Source: Cyanobacteria bacterium auto_48_18 (GTDB lineage: Bacteria; Cyanobacteriota; Vampirovibrionia; Obscuribacterales; Obscuribacteraceae). Taken from it: a DNA stretch of 64,000 nucleotides. The translations under genes and the position numbers were made by a program. Under the pieces are notes generated by a model, which did not search any database, had not been told where the DNA came from, and worked only from the letters and a program-made list of their open reading frames with translations. Positions 8,957 to 17,230 of the stretch are shown here, piece by piece (position 1 is the first letter of the stretch; each line of letters opens with the position of its first letter). The stretch is taken from positions 96,001 through 160,000 of the forward strand of contig JAVHQC010000015.1 of NCBI GenBank assembly GCA_036170915.1, written 5' to 3'.

Positions 8957-10093
8957 CTATTTGTCATTGGTGACTGTGGTGAGCCGCTGATATTGTTCCA
9001 CATTGCCAGGTAGTGAAAACCAAAATGTGCTGCCTAGCCCTGATTGAGAAACTACGCCGATTTTGCCGCCATTGAGTTCGACAATGCTTTTGCATATGGC
9101 CAGCCCTAAACCAGAGCCTGTACCTCTTGCTCCGTCTTCTCTGTTAACCTGCTTAAAACGTTCAAAAATTGAATTGATTTTTTCGGCTGGTATGCCACGG
9201 CCTTGATCAACAATTCCGAACAGCACATCATCACCACGCTGTTCGGCTTTGACAATTAATTGCTTGCCTGCTTCAGAAAATTTGATTGCATTAGAAAGCA
9301 AATTGACCATTGTTTGAATAATGCGCTCACGGTCTGCGTAGACACGCAAATCTTCTTTTATAGCTATAACCAGCTGTAGGTCTTTTTTACTTACCAGGGC
9401 TGCTACGGCGTCAAGGCTGTCTTCCACTAGACCAGAGACCGGTACAAGTTCGAGAAAGAGCTCAAGCTGTCCTGATTCTATTTTTTCTAAATCGAGCAGA
9501 TCGTTAACCATGTTCATCAGGCGTTTGATGCTCTCTGATGCGCGCCGCATGCCGCGCACCCCCGCCTCATTGAGCTCGCCGTAGTGACCGCTTTCCAGTA
9601 GTTCATGGGTCATCATTAGTGACGTCAGCGGGGTGCGCAAATCGTGGCTGACCATTGCCATAAATTCTTGCTTCATGCGCTCAATTTCATGCTTTTTCGT
9701 GACGTCTTCTACAAAAATAGCAAATAGCTGATCTGGCGGCGTGCCGAAAGGTCGCACCATCACCACTGCGGGAAACTCCGTGCCATCAAGCTTTTTGCCT
9801 GTGACTGCAATAGATTCGGATTCGCTAATACTTTCTTGCAGCGCCTTAGGCGTAAATAGTTCGCTCTGGGTAATAATAAAATCGCTAATTTTTTTGCCGC
9901 GATAATCTCCGTACTGTCCGCCAAAGGTAGTGAGACATTGCGGATTGGCAGCTTCGATCAAAGCGCCTTCAGTAATGAGAAAAAGACCCACAGGCATGGC
10001 ATCCACCAGAGTGCGAATGCGCTGAGAACTAAGTTCAATTCGCAACTCAAGTGAATTGACTTTCGCTTCTAATTGGTGATTTGAGCTACTCAT
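8957..10093 (-). CDS. Cytoplasmic PAS-domain sensor histidine kinase
   Basis: PAS region; H-box MVSHDLRTPL; N-box NLLSNAIKFS; G-boxes DQGRGI and GSGLGLAI; no TM. Confidence 0.92.
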   Translation of the reverse strand: MSSSNHQLEAKVNSLELRIELSSQRIRTLVDAMPVGLFLITEGALIEAANPQCLTTFGGQYGDYRGKKISDFIITQSELFTPKALQESISESESIAVTGKKLDGTEFPAVVMVRPFGTPPDQLFAIFVEDVTKKHEIERMKQEFMAMVSHDLRTPLTSLMMTHELLESGHYGELNEAGVRGMRRASESIKRLMNMVNDLLDLEKIESGQLELFLELVPVSGLVEDSLDAVAALVSKKDLQLVIAIKEDLRVYADRERIIQTMVNLLSNAIKFSEAGKQLIVKAEQRGDDVLFGIVDQGRGIPAEKINSIFERFKQVNREDGARGTGSGLGLAICKSIVELNGGKIGVVSQSGLGSTFWFSLPGNVEQYQRLTTVTNDK

Positions 10094-10096
10094 AGC

Positions 10097-10141
10097 CCCC
10101 TACTTTAGCAGATTGATATGGTCTGTCTGCTAAAGTAGGGG
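10097..10141. repeat. Perfect 16-bp inverted repeat between divergent genes
   Basis: CCCCTACTTTAGCAGA (10097-10112), 13-nt spacer, TCTGCTAAAGTAGGGG (10126-10141). Confidence 0.85.
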
Positions 10142-10165
10142 AACTGTTAGTTAAGGCTACTTCTC

Positions 10166-10966
10166 ATGATATCGCTTCGCCCAAGCTTGATGTTTTTAGC
10201 CGGTCTACTGGCCACGGTTATCGCTACTGCTTCGATTTGTATGGCTCAATCGACTAAGCAAATAACTAAGCAAATAACTAAACAAGCAATTAAGCAAGCA
10301 GCATTAATACCTGCCTTGAAGTTGACGCAGACTCATTTTTATTTCGGTGATACCGACACCATCGTCTCTATGCAGGGCGTGCGCATCAATAACCGTGGCC
10401 GTATGAAATTTGTTCTTGTGGCTAAAAGTCCTGATTGGGTTGTCTTTGTTTTTCGAGATGACGATCACACGTACATTAGTAAAAGCCTGCAAGCATTTCA
10501 AACCAGCGGTCTGGTCAGCAATTTGCTGGTCAAATCGCGTCAACAAGAAGTTAGTCTGGGAACAACTAAAGACGTTAAAGTTTATGGACTTACTGTCAAA
10601 CAGACAGATAATTCGTTAGATGAATTTGAATATTTGCCTCTGCAAAATTATGCCGCACCACAAGTAGAGCGAATAATTCGTGCTGCTTATAAGCTGCCTA
10701 CAAATGGCGGCATTCCCATTAGATATAAAAGAATTTCTCGCGGCAAGTCTGACAAGATAAGCCGCATTAATACAGTGGGCGATCTGAAAAGCTATATCGT
10801 AACTAAGAAGATTGAGCGCGTGATGGTGCCGGCAGAGTTGTTTGAAGTGCCGCATGGTTATGCTGTTCGCACTATAATGCAAGAAGTGCTGATGAGCAAA
10901 ATACATCGTGAAGCTTCTGGCGATATGGACGTCTGGTTCGATATCGGCAAACCACCAAAACCATAA
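10166..10966 (+). CDS. Hypothetical exported protein
   Basis: Signal-peptide-like N-terminus; TKQI/KQA 12-bp micro-repeats at about 10253-10300; no family recognised. Confidence 0.7.
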   Translation: MISLRPSLMFLAGLLATVIATASICMAQSTKQITKQITKQAIKQAALIPALKLTQTHFYFGDTDTIVSMQGVRINNRGRMKFVLVAKSPDWVVFVFRDDDHTYISKSLQAFQTSGLVSNLLVKSRQQEVSLGTTKDVKVYGLTVKQTDNSLDEFEYLPLQNYAAPQVERIIRAAYKLPTNGGIPIRYKRISRGKSDKISRINTVGDLKSYIVTKKIERVMVPAELFEVPHGYAVRTIMQEVLMSKIHREASGDMDVWFDIGKPPKP

Positions 10967-10993
10967 CGCATATGTCCACTAGGGACGTATGCG
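10967..10993 (+). terminator. Hairpin directly after stop codon (possible terminator or stability element)
   Basis: CGCATATGTCC...GGACGTATGCG stem with one G-U pair; no clear U-tract. Confidence 0.35.
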
Positions 10994-11086
10994 CTGTCTA
11001 CCTGCTATGCTTTCGCGCCTGTGGATGAGCTAGCTGAGTTTAAGGGCTGGGCTCTGGCAGGGTCAGTTGAATGAGGCCGAGAGGCA

Positions 11087-12454
11087 GTGTCAGGAGTAAT
11101 GATGCAAAGTACTAAAACCAGAAAACCATCCGTTACCGCAGAAGAAGCTTATGTGATTGCCAGAGAGGCTTATAGCTTCTTCTATCCGTTAATTAGCATG
11201 GATATCACCCGCAAGCAGTGCATCAACGTTGAAGCTGGTACCAAACCAGGCTTCGGGCCCATGAATCAGTTCAGCCACATGCGCGCTTATCCTGAGGCCG
11301 ATTTCAAAGTCGTGGTACGTCCTAACTTTGACACCCTTTACACCGTCGCCTGGCTTGATTTGACTGAAGAACCTGTGGTGGTATCAACACCTGACACGGC
11401 CGACCGTTATTATTTGCTGCCCATGCTTGATATGTACACAAATGTTTTTGCTTCGCCAGGGTGGCGCACCAGCGGCACTAGCGCAACAAATTATGTAGTT
11501 GCCCCGGCATCATACAAAGGCCAGTTGCCAGAGAATACCGAGCTGATTACCGCACCGACAGCATATGTCTGGGTTATTGGTCGCATTCAAACTAACGGCC
11601 CAGCAGATTATGCTGCAGTGCATAAAGTGCAAGACGGATTTACAGTGACACCACTTTCGCAGTGGGGCAAAGAAACTGCCGCTGTGACAGCCAAGCTTGA
11701 CAGCACCGTTGATATGAAAACACCACCGCTTGAGCAAGTAAATGCGATGGATGCTGCCACATACTTTGCCTACGCTGCAAAATTAATGAAATTGCACGCG
11801 CCACAAGTGACTGATTGGTCAATGCTGGCTCGCCTGCAGCGCATTGGTTTTACATCAGAAAACGGTTTTGATCTGAGTCAACTCGACACTGAAATAAAAG
11901 CAGCGCTCGATCGCGGTACCAAAGACGAATTGCAAACAATGGTTAAATTGTTGCCTTCCCTTGGGCGTCCGGTCAACGGCTGGAGCATGAATACAGATAC
12001 CATGGGAGTGTACGGTAACTACTACCTGAAGCGTGCCATCGTCAGTATGGTCGGTCTTGGTGCAAATCAGCCTGAAGACGCTGTTTATCCAATCAATTTT
12101 AACGATGCTGATGCCAAACCTGTTGACGGGAGTAACAAATATATTTTGCACTTCAGTAAAGAAGAGTTGCCTCCGGTCAATGCCTTCTGGTCTGTGACCA
12201 TGTACGACAAAGACGGATTCCAGGCTGCTAACAGCCTAAATCGTTTTGCCATCAGTTCTTGGATGCCACTTAAATATAATGGTGATGGTTCCCTTGATTT
12301 ATATTTACAGAATGAAAATCCTGGCGCAGACAAAGAAGCAAACTGGCTTCCTGCGCCGAAATGTCAGCTTGGTATCACTATGAGGTTGTACGCACCGAAA
12401 ACTTCTGTTTTGACTGGCGAGTGGAATCCACCAGCAATTCGACGGGTCAAATAG
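11087..12454 (+). CDS. DUF1254/DUF1214 domain protein
   Basis: VVRPNFDTLY, WLDL, GLGANQPEDAVYP, PPVNAFWSVTMYD, NWLPAP and MRLYAP motifs. Confidence 0.88.
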   Translation: MSGVMMQSTKTRKPSVTAEEAYVIAREAYSFFYPLISMDITRKQCINVEAGTKPGFGPMNQFSHMRAYPEADFKVVVRPNFDTLYTVAWLDLTEEPVVVSTPDTADRYYLLPMLDMYTNVFASPGWRTSGTSATNYVVAPASYKGQLPENTELITAPTAYVWVIGRIQTNGPADYAAVHKVQDGFTVTPLSQWGKETAAVTAKLDSTVDMKTPPLEQVNAMDAATYFAYAAKLMKLHAPQVTDWSMLARLQRIGFTSENGFDLSQLDTEIKAALDRGTKDELQTMVKLLPSLGRPVNGWSMNTDTMGVYGNYYLKRAIVSMVGLGANQPEDAVYPINFNDADAKPVDGSNKYILHFSKEELPPVNAFWSVTMYDKDGFQAANSLNRFAISSWMPLKYNGDGSLDLYLQNENPGADKEANWLPAPKCQLGITMRLYAPKTSVLTGEWNPPAIRRVK

Positions 12455-12474
12455 TCTCTTGAGGAAATAGCAAA

Positions 12475-13575
12475 ATGCAGAAGCGGTTCGTCTTTGTTTT
12501 AACAGCCTTTTCAATTTCGATTGGTGCCTCGGTCTTCCTAGCTCAAGCTTCGCCTGCACAGTTATTGCAACGTCTGCAAGAACGCCGCGAAGCCATGCAA
12601 GTAAAAGAACAGCAAAATCAAAACCAGGGCCAACCCGCTTCTGCTGCTCCTCAGGCGCAGTCAAATAGTTCAGACGTGTCTATGGTGACATTACAGGTTC
12701 AACATGGTGCTTCCGGACAGCAAATGGTTGTCACTCCTAAGGGGATGGTAGTGCCGCTTCCTGGACCGGGTGTTTCAGGAAAGGTCGTGCACATTTATAT
12801 CGGTGCTGGCGGCGGATACTGGTATGTGGATCGCAATAACAAACAAGTTGATTTGACTGCTGCTGTACAAACGTTGCAGTCTGGCCCTGCGCCGCAGCAA
12901 ATGGCATCAGTTCCTCAGTATGCTCCGCCTCCGCAAGGTTATGCCCAGACTGCTTCCGGAGCTGGTGCTGTCACAACCGCAGCAGCTGCCGGTCTTGGTG
13001 CCATGGCAGGTTCGGCTATGGCTTCTACCTGGGACACCGTACCTTACGGCGCGCCAATTCGTTATGGTGTCGGAGCGGTGCCTTATTACAATCACAACGG
13101 CAGCCCGGTTTACATTAACGCCTCGACCAACACCGCGGCATACGCCAATGTTAATAGCACTCATGTAGCAGCCATTAATGAGCAACAAAATTGGTACGCG
13201 CAGCAGCAGGTAGCAAAAGGTGCTAACTGGAGAACGTGGCAACAGCCCACTGCTAACCCATTCGTCAACACGGCGTATCATCAACCAGACGCCGCTTATG
13301 GTGCCGCAGCAGCTCACTATGGAGTGGAGCAAGGGCAGCAAGACGCCAGATATGGTGCAGCCGCTGGAGCTACAGCAGCCCACTATGGAGCGGAGCAAGG
13401 GCAGCAAGATGCAAGGCGTGGTGCCGCCGCTGGTGCTACAGCAGCCCACTACGGATCGGAGCAAGGGCAGGAAGAGGCAAGGCGTGGTGCCGCCGCTGGA
13501 GCTACAGCAGCCCGCAACGGTGGCTTTAACGGTGATGAACGCCGTGCGGGCCGCACTGCTGGTCGGCGGCGCTAG
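12475..13575 (+). CDS. Exported Ala/Gly/Gln-rich protein with C-terminal 22-aa repeats
   Basis: Signal peptide; glycine-zipper-like AAAAGLGAMAG; three repeats of AAHYGxEQGQxxARxGAAAGAT. Confidence 0.7.
   Translation: MQKRFVFVLTAFSISIGASVFLAQASPAQLLQRLQERREAMQVKEQQNQNQGQPASAAPQAQSNSSDVSMVTLQVQHGASGQQMVVTPKGMVVPLPGPGVSGKVVHIYIGAGGGYWYVDRNNKQVDLTAAVQTLQSGPAPQQMASVPQYAPPPQGYAQTASGAGAVTTAAAAGLGAMAGSAMASTWDTVPYGAPIRYGVGAVPYYNHNGSPVYINASTNTAAYANVNSTHVAAINEQQNWYAQQQVAKGANWRTWQQPTANPFVNTAYHQPDAAYGAAAAHYGVEQGQQDARYGAAAGATAAHYGAEQGQQDARRGAAAGATAAHYGSEQGQEEARRGAAAGATAARNGGFNGDERRAGRTAGRRR
13306..13512 (+). repeat. 66-bp coding tandem repeat, about three copies
   Basis: Unit approximately GCAGCCCACTATGGAGCGGAGCAAGGGCAGCAAGATGCAAGGCGTGGTGCCGCCGCTGGTGCTACA. 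Confidence 0.85.
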
Positions 13576-13586
13576 ATTGTCGAAAT

Positions 13587-14123
13587 ATGAACAGCGAAAA
13601 AAATCACACTGGGCCGAGCGAAAACAAGTTGACGAAAAAAGAACGTCTTGTGGAAGAGCTCAAGATGGTTGGTCTGACCATGGGCTATTTGGCTGTGAGC
13701 TTGTCGATTTTGGAGACATATAAGTCGTTTATTTTGCTGCAGCAGGGCATTAATGAGTTTCAGCATAATTATCTTTTTGCACTGGTAGAGGCGGTTTTGC
13801 TGGGCAAAATTGTAGCGCTGACTCAGAATCTGCCCTTTCTCAAAATTTGCAATAACCGCTCGCTAGCCACAGCGGTTTTCTATCAGGCGGCAGTGATGAC
13901 GGTGATCACAGATCTGGGTGGCAAGCTCGAAGATTTATTGTTTCCGCATTCGGCAAAATGGGTGCAGGAAACCGGTGACCCATTTGCTCTGTGGGCTACC
14001 CATCAGATGGCTGCCATGGCTATTTTCATTGTTTTGTTTGCCGTGCGAGAAATAGATCGAGCTATGGGGCCAGGTAAATTGTGGCAACTGATCTTTAGCC
14101 CAGTGCAAGCTTCTAAATTCTAG
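13587..14123 (+). CDS. Hypothetical membrane protein
   Basis: About four hydrophobic segments; follows the previous gene by 11 nt. Confidence 0.7.
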   Translation: MNSEKNHTGPSENKLTKKERLVEELKMVGLTMGYLAVSLSILETYKSFILLQQGINEFQHNYLFALVEAVLLGKIVALTQNLPFLKICNNRSLATAVFYQAAVMTVITDLGGKLEDLLFPHSAKWVQETGDPFALWATHQMAAMAIFIVLFAVREIDRAMGPGKLWQLIFSPVQASKF

Positions 14124-14132
14124 AATCTAAAC

Positions 14133-15236
14133 TTACAGGGGCCTAATCAGGCGAGTGCGAGCCACTCCCACATAACTGTCGGCGCTACCGTAGTAAACAA
14201 GATAGCTGTCTTTGATTACTTTGCCGTCTTTTCGCTCAGGCACTATGCCCTCTACAAAAACTACATTGGGCACTTGATGCACGGTGTTAGAAGCATTTTT
14301 CTTTTCCCAACTCAGTTCGGGAGAAAAAATGGGTTCGCTGCAGCGTGCCAGTAATTTAGTCGGATCGTTTTTATCAAACAGCGCCCAGCCGGTTTTATAT
14401 GTAAGCGAATCGTCGCCGCCATTATACAAAAGCAAAATGCCATCATCGGTGATAATAGGATGAGGGCCAGGTTCTACCACTCTAGAATCGAACATCCCCG
14501 GCCTTCTTGGTAGCACCGGCTCGTCGGTTTTGTCTTGCCAGAAAATCCCTTCCGGAGACGAGGCCACGCCCATTTGATCAGCACCAGATTTGGCGTCACC
14601 CATGTAGTAGACATAATATTCTTTGTTGATTTTCAGTGGTCGTGCCTTCGCATCCACTACGATAGCGCCTGATTTGGTCCAGTGAATATTCCACTTGCCT
14701 TGATTGGCCGGCATGATTACGCTTTTACGCTGCCATTGCCGCAGGTTTTTGCCGCTAGAGACATAGCTGACTAGTTGCGCCGCGTCGCTGGCTTTACTGT
14801 AGACGGTGGCTGTGGCCAGCCAGTTTTTACCGCCGAAGTCTCGCGTTAACCGGGCGTCTTCCACTCCGTCGCTGTCATCTCTTGAATTCTGATTGGTCGA
14901 TAATTGAGGAGCAATGACAGGTTGATCATCTGCTGTGAAGTTTATGCCGTCTTCGCTTTCAGCGTAGCCGATGCGGGATATGCCTTTTTCGTCTTGCCCA
15001 CGATAAAGTAAAACGGTGTGACCATTGGCAAGCAAAGTTGCAGCAGGGTTAAACGCCCCGGCACTGTCAAATTTTCCTGGTCGAGGAGAGAGTATTGGCT
15101 CTTTTGACAGACGTTCGAACTTAGAGAACGTGATGCAGGTAGGTGCATCACCTTTCTTCGTTTCACTTTCAGGCGTAGTGGTGGCGCCAGCGGTGCAAAA
15201 CAATAAGGCGGCTGCTATTGAAAAGAGACGCTTCAT
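14133..15236 (-). CDS. Glycoside hydrolase family 130-like protein, exported
   Basis: FNPAA, LLYRGQD, SRIGYAESEDG, GVEDAR, WTKSG, VEPGP, LLLYNG, VPNVVFVEG and YYGSADS motifs; signal peptide. Confidence 0.85.
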   Translation of the reverse strand: MKRLFSIAAALLFCTAGATTTPESETKKGDAPTCITFSKFERLSKEPILSPRPGKFDSAGAFNPAATLLANGHTVLLYRGQDEKGISRIGYAESEDGINFTADDQPVIAPQLSTNQNSRDDSDGVEDARLTRDFGGKNWLATATVYSKASDAAQLVSYVSSGKNLRQWQRKSVIMPANQGKWNIHWTKSGAIVVDAKARPLKINKEYYVYYMGDAKSGADQMGVASSPEGIFWQDKTDEPVLPRRPGMFDSRVVEPGPHPIITDDGILLLYNGGDDSLTYKTGWALFDKNDPTKLLARCSEPIFSPELSWEKKNASNTVHQVPNVVFVEGIVPERKDGKVIKDSYLVYYGSADSYVGVARTRLIRPL

Positions 15237-15242
15237 CAGGCT

Positions 15243-15782
15243 CTATAGACCAAGCAAGCTTTTAACATGCTTTTTAGCCGCATCAAGGTGACGACCTTCA
15301 TAGCCCCAGCGTTCAAAGAAATCGAACCACATGGCGTGAGAGTCGTGTTTAGCTTTAGGGTCTAATTGAAATTTGTGAATTGCTGCCAGTACTTCTTCGA
15401 CTTTTGCGTTGAGCTTAGCGTCGTTCAGTGCTTTAGCCAGCTCTAAGCAGCGCGTCGTCACTTGCTCTGAGCTGACACGCATCTCGTCTTTGCCATTTTC
15501 TTCATGTGTAAGAGTAGCGCTGGCCGACATAATTATATTTTTTACTAGTAAATCGTAAGCCACTTCTTGATGCTGTTTTAAGCCGTCCAGCAGGCCGGCA
15601 TAGGCGTCTTTGCTGAGGGTGACGCTGCTTGTGCCCAGTGCGGCCATGAAACCTCGTGCTGACACTTCATTGTCGAAGAGCGCCGAAACTTTCTCTGCAA
15701 TTTCAGATCTGCCCATGGTGCCTTCTTCGATTGAGGCTATTAGTTTCATCGAATCTGAAATTGCTTGTTGAATGGTTTGCAT
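15243..15782 (-). CDS. Hypothetical alpha-helical protein
   Basis: ARGF, LLVKNIIMS and FFERWGY motifs recall a cyanobacterial conserved hypothetical family (from memory, unverified); same strand as neighbours with short gaps. Confidence 0.65.
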   Translation of the reverse strand: MQTIQQAISDSMKLIASIEEGTMGRSEIAEKVSALFDNEVSARGFMAALGTSSVTLSKDAYAGLLDGLKQHQEVAYDLLVKNIIMSASATLTHEENGKDEMRVSSEQVTTRCLELAKALNDAKLNAKVEEVLAAIHKFQLDPKAKHDSHAMWFDFFERWGYEGRHLDAAKKHVKSLLGL

Positions 15783-15805
15783 GGTGCCTCTTGAATGACT
15801 AATTG

Positions 15806-16522
15806 CTATTTTAAAACCGGCATGGGCATCTCAATGGTCTGACCGTCTTCTTCCACCAGCACACTCTCGTCTTTAACCGCAGACAATTTCATACCATCAA
15901 ATTCTTGCCCAACTGCCAGGGTAAAAGTTTTTGGCCAGTGGTGTCTGCGTCGCAGCAGGCTATCTTTGATGTTAAAAATCGCTCTATCGCCTAGAATTCC
16001 TACCAATTGCAGGCGAGGGTGAAGACCAGCTTTTTCCGGAGGCATTGGCAGTTCGCCAATATTTAGCCCTGAATTAAGTTGGCCGGGTAGCGGAGAGTCA
16101 CCAAATGGGTTGCTCCCGGTTGGTGGCGGTGGCGGTATCATACTTCTTTCTGATATTGCAGCAGGACCATTTGTGTGGGTGGTCTTAATCTCGCTGCGGA
16201 CAGGTACGAGTGGGCTGAAGGGGTCGTTCTGACCGGTTGTGGTGCGGGCCTGAATGCGGGCCGCATCAAGTGAAGTGGCATGATTATCCATTGCTTGTGA
16301 CGGTTCAGCCACTGCTGACGGCGTCGCACTAACTGTGGTGACAGTGGTGCTAGTGATTTTTGATTGCACTAAGTGAGTTTTGCGCACGCCCGGTTGACTA
16401 AGTTCAGCCCGCGATTTTTGCGCCGGTGCACTGGTGTCTACTTGCGCTTGCGACGAATTCATCCAGGCATAAGTTGCCGAGATTAGTGCTGCGCCTATTA
16501 CAAGTATTACAGTCAGTCTCAT
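15806..16522 (-). CDS. PilP/GspC-like pilus alignment protein (putative)
   Basis: N-terminal TM, GQNDPF motif, Pro-rich linker, C-terminal LQLVGILGDRAI...VGQEFDGMKL beta domain; directly after pilO. Confidence 0.55.
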   Translation of the reverse strand: MRLTVILVIGAALISATYAWMNSSQAQVDTSAPAQKSRAELSQPGVRKTHLVQSKITSTTVTTVSATPSAVAEPSQAMDNHATSLDAARIQARTTTGQNDPFSPLVPVRSEIKTTHTNGPAAISERSMIPPPPPTGSNPFGDSPLPGQLNSGLNIGELPMPPEKAGLHPRLQLVGILGDRAIFNIKDSLLRRRHHWPKTFTLAVGQEFDGMKLSAVKDESVLVEEDGQTIEMPMPVLK

Positions 16523-16525
16523 GGC

Positions 16526-17230
16526 TCACTCTGGCAGATAATATACATTCAACAAAAATGACATTATCGGTCGATCTAGTTTTAGTTTTTGTGCCCGTTC
16601 TCCGGCGGCGGTTTTAGTGGCGCTATTGTCTGGGGCGGCGATGGCCACAGAAAGATCCTTGAGTGCAATCACTCTTTGATAAGACTCAAGATGTTTGACA
16701 AAGGCGATAATATTTTGATATTCACCGGTAACGAAAAGACGTTTGCTTATTTGTTTGAGCCCCAGCGGATTAGGTGCTTCTGCCGCTTTTGCAGTGGTGC
16801 CTGGGGTTGGGCGAAAGACCGGTAGCGGTTTAATTGCTGTTGCTGTTTTGCCACCACTTAGCATCATGTCTTCTAAATCATTGCTCTCGGTGGCGCCATT
16901 TTCTTTAGCTGGTTGTTCCAGCGCTAAAATTTGGACATTGCTTACTCTAGCCATACGTTCAAGGTCAAGCATAAGCAAATCAAGATAGGGTGCTTTAGGC
17001 ACCGCATTGCGCAATGAATTGATATCGCTTTCCAGACCGCGTTTGAGATTGCCTAACCGATCTCTTTCAGCCATTTTTGCAACGATAGTTTGGTATTCTT
17101 TTTTCTTGGTGGTGAGCTCTGTCTGCTCCCTTTCGGCATCAAGATAAGCTGGATATGTCAGTGCTCCTAAAACCGTCAAACTAAGTGCCAGTGAGCCAAG
17201 TACCATAGTATTGCGCTGAAAACGAGTCAT
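16526..17230 (-). CDS. pilO: Type IV pilus assembly protein PilO
   Basis: TM, coiled coil, then VTGEYQNIIAFVKHLESYQRVI ferredoxin-like motif; follows pilMN. Confidence 0.8.
   Translation of the reverse strand: MTRFQRNTMVLGSLALSLTVLGALTYPAYLDAEREQTELTTKKKEYQTIVAKMAERDRLGNLKRGLESDINSLRNAVPKAPYLDLLMLDLERMARVSNVQILALEQPAKENGATESNDLEDMMLSGGKTATAIKPLPVFRPTPGTTAKAAEAPNPLGLKQISKRLFVTGEYQNIIAFVKHLESYQRVIALKDLSVAIAAPDNSATKTAAGERAQKLKLDRPIMSFLLNVYYLPE

Noticed and set aside
12907..13723. Overlapping ORFs 12907-13464 (-) and 13220-13723 (+)
   Set aside because: Alternative frames of the 66-bp coding repeat; the signal-peptide-bearing ORF 12475-13575 fits the gene spacing.
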